In this document: positions 1-11,600 of the stretch, piece after piece | How positions within the stretch are numbered: position 1 is the first letter of the stretch | How the letters are laid out: each line of letters begins with the position of its first letter | Assembly (NCBI GenBank): GCA_013239625.1 | Contig: MU054466.1 | Coordinates: 248,001 to 312,000 of the forward strand | Source: Lama guanicoe | Taxonomy: Eukaryota | Length of the DNA stretch: 64,000 nucleotides | Reading direction: 5' to 3' | The notes under the pieces: model-generated | What the model saw: only the letters and a program-made list of their open reading frames with translations | Told to the model about the DNA's origin: nothing | Database searches by the model: none | Program-made: the position numbers and the translations under genes

Positions 1-194
1 AACCCACCCACCCAGCCAGAGGGCACCAAACAAGAGGCTGCCTCCTGGGCCTGGGTGGGCTGTTTGGAGAGGTTCCAGGGCCAAAGGAGTGTGATGGCCC
101 TGGCACTGGGCCAAGGGGGGGCCCTTCATCCACAGGGCAGGGCTGGGGTTGCGGCCGGGTAGGCGTCTGCGGTCAGAGATGGTGCCACTCTCAC

Positions 195-3128
195 CTGCTT
201 GGATTTCTCTTCCCGCAGGTGCTGCACCTCCTTGCTGAGCACGTGGGTGCGGGCCTGGTTCTCCCGGAAGGCGGTCTGCCGGTCCTGGTTGTGGTCCATG
301 GCCTGCTCTGTTGGAAAAAGCCAAGTCATCTACCAGGGGTGCTGAGCCTTGGGAGTGGCTGACGGCCGGCCGAACCCCATGCCCAGAAGGCCCCGTGCAA
401 GGCAGTGTCTCACCCCACAAGTCAGACAGACCCCTCAGGGCACTAGCAGATGAGGGGCTCAGCAGAGGTGGGGGTGACGGTGAGGCCAGGAGCTTGGGAG
501 GCACATGGCAGGGGGATGCACAGGAAGCGGTGGAGGAGGCTGCTCCACTTCCACAAGAGGTGGGCACTTGGGCTCTGCCCCAAATATCAAAGACACACTG
601 CCTGACTTTCAAGAGGTTACTGCTGAGCTCAGGTTTCGGGTTCTAGAGAGATCCAGGACAGGAGCCAGCCAGAAGCAGCCATGGGACCAGAAGCAATGAC
701 AACAGCTGGAGGCAGGGCCAAGGACCAAGTGGGCGAGGCCACGTGTTGGGCAGACCCAGCAGCAGGGTGACCCCACACTAGATTCCAGCCCAAGCTTGGG
801 CCCTCAGGTGGCCGGCGCTGCTGGCAGGACAAGGAGCCATGGGAGTGAGTTGTCGGCGTCAGGACGGGAGCAGCGCCGGGCAGTCAGCGCTCGCTCTGGT
901 TTTAACGGGCTACAGTCCTGATGCGCTCACGCGCTCTGGCTGAGCCGCCCACCCTGGGTGGCTAGGCCTCTGTCAGAGGGGATCAGCTTCACGCTCATGA
1001 CCTGCTCCAAGTGCTGGAAGCTGCCAGCAGCCCGCACGCCCATACCCACAGCTCTGAGGACATCCCCGGGGATGCTGTTCCCAGCCAGCTCCAGCCTCCA
1101 CAGGGTTCTGTTGCTGGGGAGACAGTTCACCAGGGCGCGGCCACCAAGGAGGCCGATGTGATTCCAGCGCAGGTCTGAAAGGAAACCTGTTGTCACCGGA
1201 CAGAGAGCACCTGGCGGGGGTGGGAGGGCCAGGCCAGCTAAGCCGTTTCCTTTGTGGGGCCGGGGCTGCCTGTGATCAGCCACAGATCGAGGAGCAGGAG
1301 ATGCAACCCCCACCCCCACCCCAAGACCCAGACGGCCTGGCTGGGCCTGAGGACCTGGGAGGGCAGTGCCGGGTGGCCTCACCCAGCTGCTGAAGGCTGG
1401 CGTTGCTCTTCAGGGCCAGGGCCAGCTCCTCGGCGCCCTTGTGGCTGATCTGGTTGTTGCGGAGGTCCAGCTGCCGCAGGGCGCTGTTGGCCGCCAGGGC
1501 CCCACAGAAGGTGGCGAAGGCTTCTTCCCAGGTGCCCAGGCTGTTCCACTCCAGGGTGAGGCTGCGGGAAGCAGGGGTGTGAGGTCATGGCACTGGAGGG
1601 CATCCTGCTCCCACAGGCTCCGAGGGGGTGAGGAGGGGTGCTAGCTTGGGGGTCTCTGGCACTTTCAGGCTGGAGCCGCCTGCTCCCACCTACTCCCCAC
1701 CCATAAGTGGGAAAGACAAAAGACTGGAGTGAAGGAGAGAGCTCTCTCATGTTGCAGAACCACGTTCTCTGGAGCCAACCTAGAACCGTGGTTGAGGGCA
1801 GCGAGGGCAGGGACCCCCACGCTACCTCTGAATGGACCTGTTCTGTCGGAGGAGTTTTCCCAGTGCCTCGGTCCCTGTGGCTCGAAGGTTATTGCCCTAG
1901 GAAAGGAAGAGGCCAGCCAGTCACTCCCCACCACCCCGGGCTGGGCTCTGACGTCCATGGTCAGGCAGTGGGCAAGGCCACGAGAGCTCTAGACAGAAGA
2001 TGTGGCCCCTGTCAGGTTCTGCTTCCCCTGACCACAGGAGGGCTCCTGGTGTGGACGCTCTGGAACTCACATTCCCACCCTCCAGACACTGGCCCCCAAG
2101 CAAGAGACCATGAGAAAACGGTGCAGGGCCTGTGTGCCAAGTGCTTACAGAAGGGGTCTCTGCTGCCATCTGGACCCCTGGCTGCCAGGACACCTGCATC
2201 TCCTCTACCCTCTTCTCAGGTGGCACGCCCCTGAGCACAAATCCACCCACCTTTAGATCCAGAAACCGCACCACAGTGTTGACACACAGCCCCTGCAGCA
2301 GCAGTGCGGCCCCTGGAAGACAGCAGGGCAGTCACTCTCCCCCCCTTGGTAGCTCCATCTGGGGGCAGCTCCCCCAACGTCAGGGAAGGACGTCCCGGTG
2401 GCCCCCATTAGTCAGGGTTCATGCAAAAATGGGTCACCTTACTCACTGTGGCACATTGCGGAGGGGGTAGGTACAGCTCAGTGGCAGAATGTGTGCCTAG
2501 CATGCACGAGGTCCTGGGTTCAATCCCCAGTACCTCCATCAAAATAAGTAAAATGAAACTTCAGGAAAAAAAAATCTGCCAAGAGCAGAGTCAGCCTGCT
2601 GACCCGTGCTGGGACTCTAAGTGGAGGGACCCTACAGAGAAACAGCCCTCTGCTCACAGTTTTCACGGGCAGATGCTGCTGCTGCTTGCTGTAACTACAG
2701 TAAAGGGGAGAAACCTCGGGGAAGGGTTGGGGTGGGAGGACAGAGAATTCCTTGCTGGAGGCTGCCAAGCACTAAGGACCGGGCGTGTGCAGCAAGCAAG
2801 CAGCGAGGCAGAGCCAGAAAGGCTGCCCTGAAGCACGGGGCTCGACTCCAGCCTCAACTCTGAAGTTGGAAGGGCTGCCCTGGCCTCTGCCAGCCCTGCG
2901 GTGCCCACCTTCCTCGCTCAGCATGCAGTCACTCAGGATGAGCTCGGTCAGCAGTGACCCCTTCTGCAACAGCTTGCCCAGGGCCCTGCAGCTGTCCACT
3001 GTCAGGCTCTGTGTGGCCAGGTCCAGCCGGCCCCGGGACAGCTCCTGCAATTGCTGCAGGACACGCTCCTGCGGCTCGGCCCCGCTCTCCTTACACAGCC
3101 GGCTGTAGGCGCGCCGGAGCTCCTCCAT
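195..3128 (-). CDS. LRRC45: Leucine-rich repeat-containing protein 45 (centrosome linker), 5' part only; coding exons 3128-2909, 2312-2251, 1896-1826, 1561-1383, 1174-1046, 307-195; gene continues past the left edge
   Basis: Spliced frame [21 protein letters not shown]...[22 protein letters not shown].../[15 protein letters not shown]...[16 protein letters not shown].../[15 protein letters not shown].../[11 protein letters not shown]...EEKSKQ. All junctions GT-AG, exon lengths 220+62+71+179+129+113=774 nt in frame, LRR motifs LxLxxN present, synteny with CENPX. Confidence 0.97.
2461..2574 (+). mobile_element. tRNA-Ala-derived SINE (camelid vic-1 type) in LRRC45 intron 1
   Basis: CAGCTCAGTGGCAGAATGTGTGCCTAGCATGCACGAGGTCCTGGGTTCAATCCCCAGTACCTCCA resembles tRNA-Ala(AGC) with A and B boxes, followed by an A-rich tail; three further copies in the window. 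Confidence 0.88.
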
Positions 3129-3129
3129 G

Positions 3130-3801
3130 TCCCTGGAGTGCCAGCAGGGCCTCCCCCGAACGCTCACCAGCTAGGGCCGGAAGCCGGGGGAGCAGACTGC
3201 TGGCCCTTGCTCGGGGCTCCTGCCCCTGTCGGCGGTAGGGCAGGGCCTCTCCCCCGGGGGCCTCCAGAGAGCCTCCGGCAGCGCAGTGCGGAGCACAGGG
3301 ACCCTAAGTCCTCAGCAGCCGAGGAACGAGGAGCAAACTGAGTTGGTTCTACAGGCGGAGGCCCCAAGAGGACGGGGGCGGGTGATTCCCAGTCGGGGGA
3401 CCGCTGGAGCCGGGGACCGGGGAGGAGGGCGTCTTCGGGGTCAAAGCCTCCAGCCCCGGGGCTGGTCCGGGCGTCGCACGCGCCCCTGGGCTCCAGGCCC
3501 TCAGCCTCAGCCCTCGCGCCGTGGACCCCCGCCCGCTCGCCACGGGCCTTCGCGGCCGCGGCGCGCCTCGGTATCCAGGAAGAGCAGGGAAAGCCGGGAA
3601 GGCCTGGCGGAAGCTACGACTCCCAGGAGGCCCTGCGGGGGAGTGGGGCTCACCGAGGCCCAATTAGGGCAAACGAGCGGGCGCGCGCGGCGAGCCCACT
3701 GGCTGGAGGCGCGAGGGCGGGGCTCCGGGAGGCGCGCTCAGGGCTCATTGGCTGAAGGCGCAGGGGCGGGGCTTCGGAAGGCGCGCGTCTTGGCCGCAGT
3801 C
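3130..3801. promoter_or_regulatory. Bidirectional CpG-island promoter shared by LRRC45 and CENPX
   Basis: Head-to-head start codons about 670 bp apart in CpG-dense DNA; ZNF143-like motif GCTACGACTCCCAGGAGGCCCTGCG 3613-3637, CCAAT 3660-3664, ATTGG 3747-3751, GC box GGGGCGGGGC 3763-3772, ETS CGGAAG 3775-3780. Confidence 0.85.
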
Positions 3802-6800
3802 ATGGAGGAAACCGGCGCGGGCTTCCGGAAAGTGAGAGAGGGCCCGCGGGGCCGGGGGGAGCGGGCGAGGGGAGCGGGCTGGGGGCGCCGGGCAGGGCGG
3901 GGGACCGGCGCTGGCGCGGGTCTGGCGAGGACTCCGCAGCCCCGCCGGCTGGGTGACCCACGTGCGGGTTCCGAGCCAGCCCCCGCGCTGCCGGCCGGTG
4001 CCTTCTAGGGTGGGCCCTTCCCCAGGATCCGGCCACGACCCCCACCGCGCGCGCCCTTCATCCTCCGTGGATGGGGTCTCGCGGCCGGGTAGCAGAACGT
4101 TGGTAGGCAGCCTGGTCTGCGGCAAGAGGGTGAGGGTCTGCAAGTGCCGGCGGAAATGCCGGGGACTCCCTAGGTGCTCTAGCAGAGAGCGGCCCAGCTC
4201 GCTGGTAGTCACATCCCTGCGTCCTCTAAAGCTTACTTTTGGCCTCTTCCCTGTCACGCCCGCTCTGTGCTTTGCGCTTCACCCGAGTCCGGCCGGCTGT
4301 GTCGTCTGGGGTGTCTGGCTCCACCAGTGCTTTTCTTAGCTCCACACCTCGCACAGGCAGGCACTGTTCCACGCACTTAACATAGGTTAGCCCACTTAAC
4401 TGCTCAGCCACTACTTCCACTTACCAGTGGGACCATCCGCCTCCAGAGTCTGCCCCTTTGCTCTGCACCTGGCGGGTGCGTCTCTGGGTAGGCGGGTAGC
4501 GAGGTCCGCTGGCTCCCATACCCTGCAGGCTGTGAGTGGGCTCTGAGTCTCACTTTGTTGCCCTGCTCTAAGGTCAGTAGGCCCTGAGCCCTTGCCATCA
4601 GGCCTTTGTGGACCTGGGGCGGGAGGGAGGGTCACAGCCCCTGTGAGCACTTCCTTGTGCAGCCAGCCCCCAGTGAGGGTTTTTCCTCTTATCACCCAGG
4701 ATCACTACTCTGCCCTGGTCTGAAAGGGGTTAGTGATGTCAAAGGGAAAATCACTGCGACTGGGTGACTGGCGGGGTTGTAGGAGCCCCCCACCATGACG
4801 GCTGCAGAGGGGAGCACTTGCCTGGGCCTCCTTCCCACGGTCCTGGGCAGCCCTGGAGTCCACCCCAAGGGCTTTGGCCCGAGCTGGGGTTGTGGTCATC
4901 ACCCAGGTTCAGGGCTGTCCTGGACCAGGGTGACAGGGAGGGAGGGGTCGTGGTACCTCCATGCAGTGGGGCAAAGGCTGACTGCACCCCACATCCCATC
5001 CTGCTCTCTGCAAGCTTATGGAATCTCCTCTCCCAGCTGGTGCTGCTTCCTTTAATTGTCACGACAAGCTCATGCAACTGCCCCCAGTGCAGCAGCCTGG
5101 CTGAGTTAGCTCTTCCTCAGGGTCTGGGAGCAGGTGGGGCAGTAGAGCCCCCTGGGCCTTTTCTGGTACCTTTCAGGGACACAGCAAGGACCAGCAGGTG
5201 GCGCCAAGCTCACAGGTCACTGCTGGGAGGGTGAGGCCACTGCAGCCACTGCCCCAAGTGACCTGTGGCAAGCTCTTACCGTCCCGAGCCCAAGCCCTGC
5301 TCCCTCGCACACTCCACTCTGCTCTCAGCTCTACTGAGCTGCACTGGGCCAGGGATGCCACTGCCTGTGACCAAGGCTAGAGGCCTGATGGGTCCCCAGC
5401 TCACCATCCCTGCATGACACCCTGTTGCTGGGCTGCTGGGTGCCCACAGCTGGTGTCCTCCTGCCACCCTGGAGTTCTGCTCTGCCGGCTCATTTGCAAC
5501 CTCTTCTAGCCGCTTCCTGTCCTGGGCAGCCTCCCTCGCCCACCCACGTGTGGCCACCTCCCAGATCCTCACCCCCCAACTTCGACCTTCTCTCAGTCAC
5601 AGCCACTCACTGGCCACTCTGCTTGGGCGCCTCATGCAACATGTCCCCAGCTGAGCGCCTGCATTGCTGGGACCCAGAATCCACTTCTGCTTAGTGGCAG
5701 CATTCTTTAGGGCTCAAGCCTCCGCCTTGAGGAGTCTTGGCCCTGACCTCCCCTTGTCCCATCCCCCTTGTCCCGCATCTTGACTGCTCATTGATGGAGG
5801 AGCCCGGCCCCTACCCAGCTCTGTGGCTCCCACAATGCCCTTCTCTGTTACGGGAAGATTCCCTTACTCCCCACGCAGCAGGCTCCAGGGAGGGACCTGG
5901 GATGGAGCTGACCCAGTGCCTGGAGCAGGGTCTGGCAAAGCTAGGCAGTGCTGGTGGCATGGACTGGCCTGTAAAGAGGCCACTGTGGGGAGAGCACCTG
6001 GTTCCTGGGGGCAGGAGCACCAGACTGGTCTGGATCCCAGGAGGGCTGGAGCCCCGGAAAACAGCGGGCAGGCACCTGTCTGCCACACGCGTCTAATTTC
6101 TGGTTCTGGAGATTTCCCCCCACCCCAGGAGAGGCCCCACTGTCAGAGCGTTTCCAGCTGGAAATCACAACCCCATCCCATCCAGAACTAAATGCCTAAG
6201 GGGTCTGCAGCAGCCGGGGGTGAGGCAGGGTGGGGGGCAGTGGCACACTGATGCCCACTGCGTTCCCGCAGGAACTCGTGAGCAAGCTGCTGCACCTGCA
6301 TTTCAAAGAGGACAAGACCAAAGGTGTGTAGGGCCAGGGCCTCAGGGAGTGCTGGGGAGGGGGCTGAAGGGCACCAGCAGGGCCGAGCCAGGTCAGAAGT
6401 GGGGCAGGGAGGGGGTGCATGTCCCCTAACACCCCCTTCACCTTGCAGTCAGTGGGGACGCACTGCAGCTCACGGCGGAGCTCCTGAAGATCTTTGTCGT
6501 AGGTGAGCAGAGGGGCCCTGGCAGCGTCCCCTGGTGTCCCACCCGCTCCTGTGCAGACCATTCATGATCCCTCTGGTTTCTGTGGAGAAACCAAAACATT
6601 TTTCCCATTTTTCCCACGAGCACCTAAGCTGTGTCCCTGGAAAGCCCCGTGTTTCAGTGGCCTCAGGCTGTCTTCTGAGCTGTCAGCTGGCACAGGGGTG
6701 GAGGAGCCACCAGGACTGAGGCCTGGGGGGTTTGGGGTTCCAGCCCCCCAGCCTTACTTCCCTCCTGTGTTGCGGTAGAAGCAGCCATCCGCAGCGTGCG

Positions 6801-6976
6801 GCAGGCCCAGGCGGAGGAGCTGGGCTGCGTGGACGTGGACCAGCTGGAGAAAGTGCTGCCTCAGCTGGTAGGTGGGCCTCCGGCAACAAGGCCTGGCGGA
6901 GGGGGTGTGGGGGATGAGCTGGCACGCACCCACGAGGCCCTGAGTGCCCCTCCCTCCACAGCTTCTGGACTTCTAG
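3802..6976 (+). CDS. CENPX: Centromere protein X (STRA13/MHF2/FAAP10), 79 aa; exons 3802-3831, 6272-6323, 6449-6502, 6779-6867, 6962-6976
   Basis: Spliced product [79 protein letters not shown] is a recognisable CENP-X histone fold; all GT-AG junctions in frame. Confidence 0.97.
4350..4425 (-). mobile_element. MIR SINE fragment (degraded)
   Basis: GCAGGCACTGTTCCACGCACTTAACATAGGTTAGCCCACTTAA resembles the reverse complement of the MIR 3' end. Confidence 0.45.
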
Positions 6977-7460
6977 GGGTGTCCACCCTCACTGGCAGCC
7001 TGTCCGAGTCACCAGCAAGTCCCATGTCCACGTGTTCTCCATGGCTTCTGGCTTCAGACGGGGCGGGAGCTGCTGATCCTCCAGGTTCTCCAGCTCCGAA
7101 GACTGGCCAGGTCCCAGCAAGCGCACCGCCCTTCCCCATTGTCCTCTCTCCCTGCTGCTGACAGCCTGGACACAGCAGATGGGGGGTCACTGACAGGATG
7201 GGGGCCTGAGTGGGGAACCTGGGCAGGTGCCCTCCCCTTGCGCCTCCTGGGGCAGCTGAGAAGCACTTGGTCTTTGGGGAGCAGGTGCCAGGAAGAGCGG
7301 GACCGTTGCCCAAGCAGTTAGCCCGTATGTACCCCGCAGACAAACGGAAGTGCGTGGTTCTGCACTGACATCAAAGTTCGTAAGTCACCTTCAAGCCATT
7401 TGATGTTCCTCCCAGAAGATGCTGCCCTGAACTCTAAGTTTGTTCCCACAAAGCAACGTC

Positions 7461-7466
7461 AATAAA
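7461..7466 (+). terminator. Polyadenylation signal of CENPX
   Basis: First AATAAA downstream of the CENPX stop codon (about 485 nt). Confidence 0.75.
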
Positions 7467-8616
7467 TCAAAGCCACCTCCCCAGGCACAGCCTCCTGTTG
7501 CCATTAATCACCCCAAGTCGAGTTGCTTCACGTGTGAGCATCCTGCCGTGCACGGGCCTGGCGCTCGCGCAGAGCCCCACACGTGTGGCTGCTCGCCCGG
7601 GATGGTGCCTGTGCCACAGGGCGGCTGTGGGCGTGGGGTGTTACTGCTGGCCGGCAGGCAGGCCCAGGAACATGTGGGCAGGGCTGCTGGGGGTCACACC
7701 CCTGGGAAGGACCGCTGGCCCGGGGCAACTCCAGGGCCAGGCAGGTTGACCCGGCCACGCTTACCTGGGACCTGCCTGGGACCTGCGAGAAGCTGGGTCT
7801 GCAAAGCCTGGCTGCCCTCTGGGACCTCCTCCTGCTTGGCCAGGCCACCTGCAGGCCACAGCATCCACCTCCCGTGAATTCTGAAAGTCTTGGATTCCTT
7901 GGAGCCCAGGAGGACCCAGAGGGCCCTGGGCCCAGCGACCCCGGAGTCAGAGGACCTGGTTTACTGGGGAGGGACAATGGCTTCCCTGCAGCCACGGGCA
8001 CCTGAGGAGCCATGTCCCCACCCAAAGATGGCATGGTTGGCGGGGCAAGCCCTCCCTCCCTAATTTAGTCCTGCTGGCTTCCCCTGCACCCCTTCCCCGC
8101 CTCTGCCCCCCACCTTCCTCTCCCCGCTCCCGGCAGGGAGTCTTGGGGCTTCAAAGCTCTGGGTGCATGTGGAAGTAATTAGACCTGAGGGGAGAGGCTG
8201 GCGACCAGTGCCAGAGCCCGTGCCCCACGGACACTTTGAAGTGCACTCAGATGTGGGGCGGGCGGGGCACCGGGAAACCCCAGGCCAGCCCCGCCCTGCT
8301 GGGTGGGGGCTGCAGCCTCCCGGCTCCTGCCGCCTGCGGCACAGCCAAGGCAGGCCGTGCCTGGAGGTCCTTCTCCTGAGTTCTCAGTGCGTAATTAATG
8401 ACGTCAGGTAAAAACTAAGGTTCAGGGAGAACACCTGTGCCCATTAAGAGACCAAGGCCCCAGCGAGGAGGCCCAGGGCCCAGCCCGGCCAGGATGTGGC
8501 CCATCCAGCCCCAGGGTTGGCTGGAGGCCCGTGGCTGGGAGGTGGGAGCAGGGCGGAGGACGAAAGAGCCCTCTCCAGGGAAGGACGACAGGAGGGTCTC
8601 GAGAGAAGCTCGCGAC

Positions 8617-8622
8617 TTTATT
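8617..8622 (-). terminator. Polyadenylation signal of ASPSCR1
   Basis: TTTATT on + (AATAAA on -), about 60 nt past the ASPSCR1 TGA. Confidence 0.8.
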
Positions 8623-8684
8623 CCCGCTCAGGGTGGGCAGGGGTCCTGTGGCCGGCAGACTGGGCACCTCTGGGCCGGCGGCGC

Positions 8685-11600
8685 TCACCTCTTGCCGGCT
8701 GCAGTGCAAACGCACAGGGTGACCTCGGGCTCCAGGCTCCTGCCCAGCAGCCTCTCCCCGCCCAGCTGCCCCCACGGGACCTGGCAGCTTTAGCCACTTG
8801 GGCACCTTGCCCAGACCCCTCCTTGCAGACTGGGCCATCCGGGGGCCGGGCTCGGGGGGCTCCACGGCCCCTTCCTCAGCAGTCGGCTCTGACTCCGAGG
8901 GCACAGGGTCGGAGGCTGGCGGCGGTGGCGGCGGTGGTGGGGTCCCGGCTGTCCTGGACATGCACCTGAGGGCAAAGATGCTGGCATAGGATGGCGGGGA
9001 CTGCGGCAGTGGGTTCTCCCCACTCCTCTGGGCACTCACCTGGCCACCAGCGCGTCAGCTGCAGACGGGGAGATGGTGTGTTCCAGCAGCCTGGGTTCCA
9101 GGTAGGTGCCTGCAGAAGGCTCAGGCCACTGAGGAGCTGGCCCTACTCACCTCCCTGCGGCTCGGCTCCAGGAGGGGGCATGGCCAGGACAGGTGACTGT
9201 CCCACCCTGAAGCCCCCAGGGAGTAGGGTACGGGGGTATCCGGGGCCAGAGGTCTCCCTCCCAGACCTAAAGGCCGCTGCTCTGGGGCATCTGACGAGCT
9301 GCAACGTGCAACCCAGGGCTGGCCGGCGGCGGTGGGCAGAGCAAGGGGCCCCCACCCACCTGTCGGCTCCTCGGGTCCGAAGTGCACGAGGGCAGCAGGA
9401 AAGAGGTTAGCCTGCGGGGGGCGCAGAGGGGCTCAGGGACCAGGCGGGCACAGCGGGCGGGTGGTGGAGAGGGCTGCACCCGCTCCACGGGTGGCCTCGT
9501 GGGCGCTGCACCCGCCAGGCCCTTCCCACCGAACAGCCCGCGGCCCAGCTTCGCCTGTTCCTTCTCGGGCACCAACCACTGTGCGATCGAGGCGGTGGCA
9601 CTGGACCGCAGGGACCTGCTGGGGCCAGCCCCTACTGAACAGGAAGCACTCGTGGTCTGTGTGCTCTGGCATTTTAACTCCCGCTCCTCCTTCCTGCCCG
9701 CTTTCCGGGGTGAAGTTAATACTCTGAACGCGGGAACTAGGCCTGGAAGCCCCCAGCCTCAGCAGGAAGCAAGAGGTCAGAGATCAGAGACAATGCAGAC
9801 ACTCACAGAACTCCTCCGCTGCCCCCCACCTCACCTGCGTGGCCCAAAGAACAGAGAGGGTGGCAGGCAGAGGGGGGCCTCCACAGGGACAGGAGCGCCC
9901 TGGGGGGACCCTCAACTGGCCCTGGCATGGGGCAGTGGGGGCTCTTGGAGTCCCAGGCCAAGAGATGCCAGCCTGATCCACCCCCTAGACTCAAGAGCCC
10001 ACATGTGGGTTCCCTGACTCGGCACCAGGTCTTGCCTGGTGAGGAAGAGCCAGTGTCAGCCAGCTGAAGCTCCTCCCTGCGCTGGGTCCCCACACCCTTT
10101 CTGGGGGCCTGGGAACAGCGCCCCTCCTGAGATCCCACCCGTGGGAGTGGTGGCACCTGTACAGGTGTGGGACAAGGACACATCACATGACCCCTGACTC
10201 CCTGGAGGCCTCCCAGGCCAGGGGCAGGACTGTGGTGCAGACTCAGGACTGCAGGGAGGACCCCAGAGCCCCCAGGGTCGTAACCTGCCTCTGATCCTGC
10301 CCCTGCACCCGAGGAAGGCCGTGGCTGCGAGCCCCAGTCCTCTGCAGAAGGGCTGCCACTGTCAGCCGACTACGTCCTCTGTGCCCTCAGCTCCCAGCGC
10401 TTGGAGTCAGGCCGGGGCATCAACAAGAGGAAGCTTCCAAGACCAGTGAATATTCTGAAGGCCCCACTGTGATGCTCAGGATCCAAGTCTGGGGCAGGGG
10501 CTGCCCTCAAGCCCTGGAGGCACTGCAGCAGGGCAGTGGCTGGGGAGCAGGAAGGGGCACAGGGAGGACAAAGGCCCAGATTTCCCCGGGTGGCCAGCGA
10601 GGCCAGACCCTGGCTCAGCCAACCCACCAGGCAATGGGGCCACCCTCATGGTGCCACATCCCCATTTCACAGGACCTCACCCAGACCCAGCCAGCAGGGC
10701 TGTCTCAGGGCCACAGAGCCTGAAGCCTTGAAGGGCTCCTCTGGGCAGCTCCTCTTGAACCCAGACTCCCTGTTCCCCCTCAGCACCTGCCGGAAGCCCC
10801 CTGCCCACCAGCTTGCGTCTCGGGATTCCCAACAGAAAACAAAGGGGGTAAACAGCACAGAAGACCACCATGATTACCAGGAAGGAAGGTCTACCCCTCT
10901 GCTCAGGCTGACGAGGCCGCCACAGGTTGCGGTGGACCGCTAAGGGTGATGCTGGGGCCCTGGGCCAGGCAGTGGGTGAAGTGAGGCCCTTAATGCTTGC
11001 GGCAGCACCAGCACCAAGGGGGCTCAGGCTTGGGAAGGAGGCTGGACATGGGCACTGGGGACCTCTGCATCCACAGATGGCGGCCTCCTGTCCTCGGCCT
11101 CACCCTCCGCCTCGCCCAGCAAATGGTTACTCTTCCAATCAAGCGGCCAAAAAGGGCAGCTGGGCTGCTGTCCCCCACACCCACCATGAGCTGTCACTTT
11201 CTGGAGTGCAGGACTGGACCCGGGGCAGCCAGCAGCCAGAGAGCAGCCCTGCCAGGGACATGAAAGCAGGCGGCTTCCGCGCCGCGCCTGCTCACCCGCG
11301 GGAGGGAGGAAGGCTTCCTTCCCTGGGCCCTGCCAGCTCTCTGATCACAGGCAGGCAGGGACACCACCCTGCGCAGAGGGCCCCCGGCTCCAGAGCGAGC
11401 TGACGGATGAAAGGAGACGGCTGCTGGTAGCAGGGGGCAGAGTGTCACCAGGAATCAGGCCGAGTGGGCGGGACAGGCAGCACCCCAGGGTTCCTAATCG
11501 GAGCGGGGCCTGAACACTGGTCCCCTCCATCCCAAAGCATCTTCCAAATTCAATGTTTATCAACAGGCTGGCCAGCGAGGGAGAGCGAGGCAGGCGGGTG

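Noticed and set aside
2465-2540. tRNA-Ala gene
   Set aside because: Mismatched stems, an A-rich tail and several diverged copies in the window indicate a SINE rather than a functional tRNA.
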